NCBI GenBank assembly: GCA_937879955.1
Contig: CALFMK010000001.1
Coordinates: 157,504 to 199,577, forward strand
Length of the DNA stretch: 42,074 bases
Direction: 5' to 3'
Origin: an uncultured bacterium
GTDB taxonomy: Bacteria > Patescibacteriota > Minisyncoccia > Phycocordibacterales > Phycocordibacteraceae
The notes under the pieces: model-generated
Told to the model about the DNA's origin: nothing
Databases searched by the model: none
What the model saw: only the letters and a program-made list of their open reading frames with translations
Shown here: positions 36,552-42,074 of the stretch, piece after piece
Layout of the letters: every line of letters begins with the position of its first letter
Position numbering within the stretch: position 1 is the first letter of the stretch
Translations under genes and position numbers: made by a program

Positions 36552-36968
36552 CTAAAGTCTATAGAGCTCGCTCACTTCGACGGTCTCGTCCTTGATGACA
36601 CCCACCACGCGTATCTTCTCGTCAGACTGTACCGGCGGCCCGGGCTGCCTGGTCGCGCACGGCAGGTTCAGGTCCGCGCACTCGTCCTGGTTCCTGAATA
36701 CGAGCCGCTTGGTCATGACGCGCGGGCTTCCGCCCTCGGCGTATTCCGTATAGAGGATGTAGGGCACGCCGCTTCCCTGCGACGGATCGATCATCACCGT
36801 TCCCTCGTGGTCGAACGCGCCCTCGACGGCCACCGGCGCGAGCGCCGCGGTCGCAGCGAGCGAGGACGGCTTCGCGACCGTGACGCTCGTCACGGCATGC
36901 CCACTCGCCCACACCCATATGCCTCCTATCACGAGGAGGAGCGCAGTCGCTTTCAGGATAGTGCCCAT
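36552..36968 (-). CDS. Hypothetical exported protein.
   Basis: 138 aa with an N-terminal signal/anchor (ATALLLVIGGIWVWASG) and two Cys (ECADLNLPC). Confidence 0.72.
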   Translation of the reverse strand: MGTILKATALLLVIGGIWVWASGHAVTSVTVAKPSSLAATAALAPVAVEGAFDHEGTVMIDPSQGSGVPYILYTEYAEGGSPRVMTKRLVFRNQDECADLNLPCATRQPGPPVQSDEKIRVVGVIKDETVEVSELYRL

Positions 36969-37021
36969 AAGGAAAGACAGTACGGCAGGAGACCTATCGG
37001 AATCATGAAGCTCCGGGGAGC

Positions 37022-37987
37022 CTAGCGCTTCATGAACGGCGCGAAGAAGCGCGCTGCGGCAGGGGCGGTCGTGGTGCCTGCCTCTGGCTCGGTGGTGGTC
37101 GCCGTCGAGGTGGCGGTCGTCGATGCGGCCATAGTCGCGGACACCGCGTCCCCTGCCGCCTTCGCGAAGAAGAGCACCGGCGACGGGACCTCGCCGGACG
37201 GCACGTCATCCGTACGCAGGAGCGCGAGGTCGGTCGATCCCACCTCGGCCTTCGCGTCGAGGGCAAGCGCTGAGTCGAGGCGCTCGCGGGTCGTCGCGAG
37301 CGTCCGAGACTTCTCGTAGATATGCGCGCCAAAGCGGTCGCTCGGCGCCTCAGGGGCAGCCATCATCGCCATCATCACGTCGTTTGCGGGCGCGGCGGCA
37401 GCCGACGCGAACGTGTCCACCTGCGCCGACACCTTCTGCTCGAGGTCGGTCCGGACCGCGAGGGACACGGCGATGTCGCCGTTCGCTTCGAGCGCGTCGG
37501 TCTCCTTCGCGAGCGCGTCGACATGCGTATCGAAGCGGGTCGCGAGCTCGTCCGCAGTCTTCTCGTCGAGCTTCCCTTCGGACGAGAGAGATGCCGCCTC
37601 GTCCACGCGACGCGACGCATAGCGCGCGGAAAGCTCGGCCTTGCGCTCAGGGGACACGGCGAGCGTGAACGCGATAGGCTCTGCCATCGCCACCTTCACG
37701 GGATAGAGGACGTCTCCCGGTACGGCGTTCTCCGCGGCGAATCCCGCCTGGGTTCCCGCAGAGATGACGAGCACCAGCGCGATGGCGCCCGCGTAGAGGC
37801 CGCGCGTGCGCGCCACGAGCACCGAGAACACGGACGGCGCGGCGAGGCCCGGGACGCGCTCCGGCAGCGTATGGAGATCCGCGTACGCGGAAAGGTCCGC
37901 GCGCATGCGCTCCTTGGATTCGCTCGCGAGCATGATGCCGCTGAGCGTTCGTATGAAATCGGATGGGTTCTTGTGTCGGTTATTCAT
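37022..37987 (-). CDS. Putative anti-sigma factor / DUF5667-like membrane protein.
   Basis: 321 aa. It overlaps the stop of the ECF sigma gene by 8 nt and has a single TM helix (LYAGAIALVLVISAG) followed by the PGDVLYPVK motif typical of DUF5667. The tail is Ala/Thr-rich. Confidence 0.7.
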   Translation of the reverse strand: MNNRHKNPSDFIRTLSGIMLASESKERMRADLSAYADLHTLPERVPGLAAPSVFSVLVARTRGLYAGAIALVLVISAGTQAGFAAENAVPGDVLYPVKVAMAEPIAFTLAVSPERKAELSARYASRRVDEAASLSSEGKLDEKTADELATRFDTHVDALAKETDALEANGDIAVSLAVRTDLEQKVSAQVDTFASAAAAPANDVMMAMMAAPEAPSDRFGAHIYEKSRTLATTRERLDSALALDAKAEVGSTDLALLRTDDVPSGEVPSPVLFFAKAAGDAVSATMAASTTATSTATTTEPEAGTTTAPAAARFFAPFMKR

Positions 37988-38486
37988 CGGTATGCATGAT
38001 CGCGCGCAGCTTCTTTATCGCGCGGTTGAGACGGACGGATACGGCGTTCGCGGATTCTCCCGTGAGATCCGCGATCTCCTTCGGCGAGAAGCCTTCGACG
38101 TACCGCATGAGGATCGCCTCGCGGGACGGCTCGTCGAGCTCGTCGACCGCCTTGAGCGCCTCGGCCATCTCGGCCGCGACCTGAACGTCAGCGCCCGTGT
38201 CCCCCGAGAATTCTATGCCGCTCTCGGTGAGGGTGTCGAGCGAGGACTCCTTCTTCTTCCGGTACCAGTCGATCACGAGGTTCCGGGCCATGGTGTAGAG
38301 GAGCGCGCGCTCGCTCCGCATGACCGTACCCTCCCGCAGCGCCTGCCAGAAGCGGGTGAATACCTCCTGGGTCAGATCCTCCGCCTGCTCCCGGCTGCTT
38401 ACCTTGAGGAAGCAGAACCGGTAGATGTCGCTGGCGTAGGTATCGTATATCTGGAGGAAATATGCCTTGGTCTCGTCCTGGTCCAT
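37980..38486 (-). CDS. ECF-type RNA polymerase sigma-70 family factor.
   Basis: ORF 37980..38576, trimmed to ATG 38486 (MDQDETKAYFLQIYD..). Region 2 is ..EQAEDLTQEVFTRFW.......R.ALLYTMARNLVIDWYRK. Region 4 is ..REAILMRYVEGFSPKEIADLTGESANAVSVRLNRAIKKLR. Confidence 0.92.
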   Translation of the reverse strand: MDQDETKAYFLQIYDTYASDIYRFCFLKVSSREQAEDLTQEVFTRFWQALREGTVMRSERALLYTMARNLVIDWYRKKKESSLDTLTESGIEFSGDTGADVQVAAEMAEALKAVDELDEPSREAILMRYVEGFSPKEIADLTGESANAVSVRLNRAIKKLRAIMHTDE

Positions 38487-38517
38487 AGAATATGACGTAC
38501 CGCAGGCCGAAGTCTTA

Positions 38518-38539
38518 GCACGCCCCCTAGGGGGCGTGC
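38518..38539. repeat. Perfect 22-nt palindrome upstream of the ECF sigma gene.
   Basis: GCACGCCCCCTAGGGGGCGTGC reads identically on both strands. It lies 32-53 nt upstream of ATG 38486. Confidence 0.9.
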
Positions 38540-38610
38540 GGAGGGTCCTTGGCCTGCGATACCCCCATAGTCGCATACGCCCATGCAGGCAGCCAATCCA
38601 TGGGGTGCGG

Positions 38611-38644
38611 AAAAGCCCGCGGCTCCGGAGAGCTGCGGGCTTTT
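38611..38644. terminator. Intrinsic terminator after the lysine-rich gene.
   Basis: aaaagcccgcggctc..gagctgcgggctttt (one G:U pair), with A/T runs on both sides. Confidence 0.8.
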
Positions 38645-38660
38645 CTCGTCCTTGACGGGA

Positions 38661-39128
38661 TTACTTCTTGCCCGTCTTCTTCGCTGCCTTCTTGACGACC
38701 TTCTTAGGGGCTGCCTTCTTGACCGCCTTCTTCACGGCGGACTTCGCCTTCGCGCCGCCGCGCCTGAGCTCCTTCTTCACGCTCTCCCAGTTACCCTTGA
38801 GCTCTGCGACGGCTGCCTTCAGGTCGCCCGGGGTGACGTCATCGAGACCCTTGTACGCCTTCGCTGCCTGGTCGACGATGACGGCCATCGCCTTCTCGTC
38901 GAGATCCTTGAGCTTCTTCGCCTCGCGGACGACGTCGTTCTTGAGGCCCTTCGCCCACTTCGCGGTCGCGTTGCGATGCTTCTTCGCATCCTTCGCGCCG
39001 TAGAAGTAGTAGCCTGCGCCCGCCGCTGCGACAGCCGCCGCAAGGAGCCCTGCGCCGACCTCGGCCTTTGCCAGATTGCTCATGCCCTTCTTTGCAGGAG
39101 CCTTCTTCGCTGTCTTCTTTGGTGCCAT
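38661..39128 (-). CDS. YtxH-like protein with lysine/alanine-rich (histone H1-like) termini.
   Basis: 155 aa. MAPKKTAKKAPAKK.., a Gly/Ala hydrophobic segment GAGLLAAAVAAAGAGYYFYGAKDAKK, and the tail ..AVKKAVKKAAPKKVVKKAAKKTGKK. Confidence 0.75.
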   Translation of the reverse strand: MAPKKTAKKAPAKKGMSNLAKAEVGAGLLAAAVAAAGAGYYFYGAKDAKKHRNATAKWAKGLKNDVVREAKKLKDLDEKAMAVIVDQAAKAYKGLDDVTPGDLKAAVAELKGNWESVKKELRRGGAKAKSAVKKAVKKAAPKKVVKKAAKKTGKK

Positions 39129-39150
39129 ACGATCTGGGTTTATCGAAATA

Positions 39151-39432
39151 TTATGATGATGACTTCTTGCGTCGCGCCTTCGGCTTCACGAAGCCAGTGA
39201 GCATGCCGAGCACCTGCCCGGCGCGCACCGCCTCCGCCTTCACGTTCTCGCGCACCTCCCGGATGTCATCCCGGATCTCCAGCGCCTCCTCCTGGACGAT
39301 CTCCGATACCTCGTCGACCGTCTTCAGGATGCGCAGGAGCCGGATGAGCACCATCGCCAAGAGTATGGTCACGACAACGACCGCGACCGAGGTCACGCCG
39401 AAGAAGATATCCATCTTGAGAAAGTCATCCAT
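39151..39432 (-). CDS. Small membrane-anchored coiled-coil protein (DUF948-like).
   Basis: 93 aa. An N-terminal TM helix (VTSVAVVVVTILLAMVLI) followed by a charged helix and a basic tail. Confidence 0.7.
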   Translation of the reverse strand: MDDFLKMDIFFGVTSVAVVVVTILLAMVLIRLLRILKTVDEVSEIVQEEALEIRDDIREVRENVKAEAVRAGQVLGMLTGFVKPKARRKKSSS

Positions 39433-39495
39433 CCGTACCTGTATGGTAGCCCGGCACCGTTCCTTTGCAATCGGGGATGTGTATAAGGATCCTCA

Positions 39496-39741
39496 TCACT
39501 CCCTCACCCAGACGAAGCGCGGACCTTGATAGCCGATCTCGGGCTTGTCCACCTGCCCCATGAACAGGCCGAGCGGACGGACGAACAGCGGCGCGATAGC
39601 TCCCTCGTAGAGCGGCCTATAGACCGCCATCGGCTCCTCGGTCTCCGTATGGAACGCGACGCCGAGAAGCTCGTACTCTTTCGAGGCGTCCTTGAAATGA
39701 TGATAGATGCCTGGCTTCGGGGTCTCCATATCAGGCAGCAT
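39496..39741 (-). CDS. DUF1653 domain protein.
   Basis: 81 aa. ..GIYHHFKD.SKEYELLGVAFHTETEEPMAVYRPLY......LFVRPL..F matches the DUF1653 pattern. Confidence 0.88.
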   Translation of the reverse strand: MLPDMETPKPGIYHHFKDASKEYELLGVAFHTETEEPMAVYRPLYEGAIAPLFVRPLGLFMGQVDKPEIGYQGPRFVWVRE

Positions 39742-40147
39742 ACACCGTCCCGCTCTTCCAGTGCTCGATCACGCCCTTGCTCGGCAGGAAGATATTCTCC
39801 GGAAGCTCGTCCGGACCGAACCACTGCCAGTCCGCGGACTTCTCCGGCTCCGCCGCGTACGGCTCGCCGGACTTCAACTCGGCGAGGAAGCCTATCGTGA
39901 CGAAGTGCTTGCCGTACACGCGATCGTTGATGACACAGATGAGGCCCTTGAGCTCGAGGTCCGTGAGGCCGGTCTCTTCCGCCGCCTCGCGCAGCGCCGT
40001 GTCCTCGAACGAGTCGCCGGACTCGAGATGGCCGCCGGGTATCTGCCAGGTGCCCGCGCCGTGGCTCGAGAGCCTGCGGCCGAGGAGCAGCTTTCCGTCC
40101 TTCTCGATGAGCACGCCGACACCGACCTTCGGGCGTTCGTTATCCAT
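39731..40147 (-). CDS. NUDIX hydrolase.
   Basis: ORF 39731..40174, trimmed to ATG 40147 (MDNERPK..). The Nudix box is GGHLESGDSFEDTALREAAEETGL. It overlaps the DUF1653 start by 11 nt. Confidence 0.92.
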   Translation of the reverse strand: MDNERPKVGVGVLIEKDGKLLLGRRLSSHGAGTWQIPGGHLESGDSFEDTALREAAEETGLTDLELKGLICVINDRVYGKHFVTIGFLAELKSGEPYAAEPEKSADWQWFGPDELPENIFLPSKGVIEHWKSGTVYAA

Positions 40148-40190
40148 CCGCCAAGTATACCAATGCGCGCGCATGCGCTACTGTACGTAT

Positions 40191-40970
40191 ATGTCTCCCG
40201 CTCCACGCAGAAACAGCCCGAAGCGCGCAGTCGCGAAGCCTGCGACGGACGCTGCCGTGCCCGCGTATCCGATGCGCCTCAACAAGTACCTCGCCATGAA
40301 GGGCATCGCGACCAGGCGTGACGCGGACGTGCTCATCGAGAAGAAGAAGGTGACCATCAACGGCCAGATCGCGAGCCTCGGTGACAAGGTCGCGGAGACC
40401 GATAAAGTCGAGATCAAGGGCCAGGAGCGCCCGAAGGCGTATACCTACATCGCCTTCAACAAGCCTGCCGGCATGGACACGCACCGCGAGGCCAAGGGCG
40501 AGCCCAACGTCCTCGACGCGCTCCCGAGCGACCTGAAGCGCCTCTCGCTCTTCCCGGTGGGCCGCCTCGACAAGGCGTCCAACGGCCTCCTCATCCTCAC
40601 GAACGACGGCCGGGTCACGGACCGCCTCCTCAACCCGAAGTACGCGCACGAGAAGACGTACGACGTCACCACGAAGAGGCCGCTGCGCACCTCGTTCAAG
40701 GAGAAGATGGAGGCGGGCGTCGATATCGAGGGCTATATGACGAAACCCGCGAAGGTGGAGATCGTTGCACCCGACCGCTTCCGCATCACGCTCACGGAGG
40801 GAAAGACGCATCAGGTGCGCCGCATGGTCGTGGCGCTCTTCAACGAGGTGAAGACGCTCAAGCGCGTCTCCATCATGGGCATCCGTCTCGGACCCGTGAA
40901 GTCAGGCGGCTACCGCGTCATCGAAGGCAAGGAGCTCCAGAAATTCCTCGCGGATCTCGGCCTCGCCTAA
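40191..40970 (+). CDS. Pseudouridine synthase, RsuA/RluB family (S4 domain plus catalytic domain).
   Basis: This is the C-terminal part of ORF 39777..40970. MRLNKYLAMKGIATRRDADVLI.. (S4) and ..FPVGRLDKASNGLLILTNDG (catalytic Asp), ..GKTHQVRRM... ATG 40191 gives a basic N-terminal extension. ATG 40272 is an alternative. Confidence 0.92.
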   Translation: MSPAPRRNSPKRAVAKPATDAAVPAYPMRLNKYLAMKGIATRRDADVLIEKKKVTINGQIASLGDKVAETDKVEIKGQERPKAYTYIAFNKPAGMDTHREAKGEPNVLDALPSDLKRLSLFPVGRLDKASNGLLILTNDGRVTDRLLNPKYAHEKTYDVTTKRPLRTSFKEKMEAGVDIEGYMTKPAKVEIVAPDRFRITLTEGKTHQVRRMVVALFNEVKTLKRVSIMGIRLGPVKSGGYRVIEGKELQKFLADLGLA

Positions 40971-40973
40971 GGC

Positions 40974-41288
40974 CTACTTCTTCCACTGCGACGCCTTCAG
41001 GTTCACCTTCGTCCCCTTGAAGGAGACGCCTTCGCCCTCGAGCATCGTCCGCTTCGTGGAGACGCCCTGGCCTGCGCTATAGCCGGTGAGGGCGCCGTCG
41101 GACGCGACCACCCGATGGCACGGCGTCGCCGGGATATCCGGATTCGTGCGCATCGCCATGCCGACCGCGCGCGCCGCCTTCGCATTTCCCGCGAGCGCGG
41201 CGAGCTGCCCGTACGTGACCACCTTCCCCTTAGGAACCTTCCTCAGGGTCTCGTACACCTTCTGTGTAAATGCGGATGTCATATGCAC
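40974..41288 (-). CDS. MGMT-family protein (single O6-alkylguanine-DNA alkyltransferase DNA-binding/active-site domain).
   Basis: 104 aa. ..VPKGKVVTYGQLAALAG...AARAVG.AM..NP....TPCHRVV (PCHR active-site motif). Confidence 0.92.
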   Translation of the reverse strand: MHMTSAFTQKVYETLRKVPKGKVVTYGQLAALAGNAKAARAVGMAMRTNPDIPATPCHRVVASDGALTGYSAGQGVSTKRTMLEGEGVSFKGTKVNLKASQWKK

Positions 41289-41297
41289 TCAGTATAC

Positions 41298-41330
41298 AGA
41301 AAGACCCGTACCAGAGGTACGGGTCTTTCT
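41298..41330 (-). terminator. Intrinsic terminator after the M23 peptidase gene.
   Basis: agaaagacccgtacc-aga-ggtacgggtctttct, a perfect 15-bp stem. Confidence 0.85.
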
Positions 41331-41338
41331 TCTATCGT

Positions 41339-42074
41339 CTACTTCCCTGCGGCAAGCATATGCGCGCGCGTCAGCGGGCCGTAGTAGCCGGACGCGGGCG
41401 CAATACCCTCGGCCTTCTGGTACTCGGCGAGCGCCGCCTGAGTCATCGCGCCGAAGTAGCCGGTCGCGCCGGCGCCGGCGAGCGCGGTCGCCGACGGTCC
41501 CTTGCTGGCCGCGATGAGCGCGACCTGGAGCGCGATCACGTCGTCGCCCTGCGATCCTATCGTGAGGTCGCGGACACCGGCACCGACGGAACCCGGCACA
41601 GCCACCGCGACGGACCCGAGCGCGTCCTCGATCTCCTCGGGGATGTCCATGCCCGCGAGCGTCGCCTGTACGAACGTACTGCGGTACGAAGTAACGAGCT
41701 CTTCCGCCCAGTCCTCCGCGTCGTCGTTATCGAGCTCATTCAGGTACTTCTCGATGCCGCTCATGCGCTCCTCGAGCGTGAACTCGCGCGCAAGGCGCGG
41801 GAACGGATCGAGCGCCTTGCGGTTCTCGCGGATCTCGAAGTGCAGGTGCGTGACGCCGCCCTTCGCGTTCCCGGTGTCGCCGACGAACCCGAGGATGTCG
41901 CCGGGCTCGAGCACGGTGCCTGCCTTGATGCCCTCGGCGACCTCGTCGAGGTGCATGTAGGTGAAGCTCTCGCCTCCCGGGTTGCGGGTCGTCACGTAGA
42001 GGCCGCTCGAGGAGCCGTTCCCGACCCTCGTCACGACCGCGTCGGTCGGAGAGGATACGGGCGTATCCCTCGGC
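41339..42074 (-). CDS. M23 family metallopeptidase with a C-terminal peptidoglycan-binding (PG_binding_1-like) domain. Partial; the N-terminus lies beyond the window.
   Basis: ..GDILGFVGDTGNAKGGVTHLHFEI (M23 HxH motif) and a C-terminal ..GDDVIALQVAL.......GYFGAMTQAALAEYQKAEGI.ASGYYGPLT. The frame stays open to the window end. Confidence 0.9.
   Translation of the reverse strand, partial: PRDTPVSSPTDAVVTRVGNGSSSGLYVTTRNPGGESFTYMHLDEVAEGIKAGTVLEPGDILGFVGDTGNAKGGVTHLHFEIRENRKALDPFPRLAREFTLEERMSGIEKYLNELDNDDAEDWAEELVTSYRSTFVQATLAGMDIPEEIEDALGSVAVAVPGSVGAGVRDLTIGSQGDDVIALQVALIAASKGPSATALAGAGATGYFGAMTQAALAEYQKAEGIAPASGYYGPLTRAHMLAAGK

Noticed and set aside
40163-40174. A 12-bp perfect palindrome, ATGCGCGCGCAT, between the divergent NUDIX and pseudouridine synthase genes.
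   Set aside because: It is an alternating GC core that is likely to arise by chance in high-GC DNA. It is a single copy and has no clear relation to promoter elements.
39777-40190. Upstream 138 codons of the 397-aa ORF containing the pseudouridine synthase.
   Set aside because: It is antisense to the NUDIX gene, with Ser/Pro/Arg-rich composition. The S4 domain begins near MRLNKYLA, so the start must be at 40191 or 40272.

Overview
This is a gene-dense, high-GC chromosomal segment of about 42 kb, with most genes on the minus strand. It is mainly housekeeping. It holds a partial leuS, ychF and a complete F1Fo ATP synthase operon (atpBEFHAGDC). It also holds mltG, tspO, rlmH, ddl, tgt, a pseudouridine synthase, an MGMT-domain protein and a partial M23 peptidase. 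uvrC, uvrA and uvrB lie unusually close together. Three tRNAs were found by hand-folding: Ala-GGC, Val-CAC and Ala-UGC. None encodes a CCA end.

Several traits suggest a reduced, Patescibacteria/CPR-like (Parcubacteria-type) genome, but this is inference only. They are a DUF5671-like membrane protein, a prepilin-LamG fusion, shortened ATP synthase epsilon and delta subunits, a short UvrC and many small membrane proteins. No CRISPR array, transposase, integrase or rRNA is visible.

The items most worth follow-up are:
1. A minus-strand module at 29.2-35.3 kb, made of a soluble VirD4/TraG-type coupling-protein-like ATPase (about 912 aa), an 825-aa multi-TM protein with no recognisable family, a small acidic protein and a membrane-anchored FKBP. 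No other T4SS or relaxase genes are in the window.
2. A NUDIX box in frame inside leuS.
3. A recurrent -10-like hexamer (often TATACT) 6-9 nt upstream of ATG starts with no Shine-Dalgarno sequence, which suggests leaderless transcription. By contrast, four plus-strand accessory genes have strong SD sites, and three of these also have (near-)consensus TTGACA/TATAAT-type promoters.
4. Two small ORFs missing from the supplied track, a 51-aa Gly-zipper peptide and a 59-aa basic CxxC-x3-H-x2-H protein.
5. An unexplained hairpin-rich spacer of about 220 nt between uvrC and ddl.

The long plus-strand ORFs antisense to real genes are treated as high-GC shadow ORFs.
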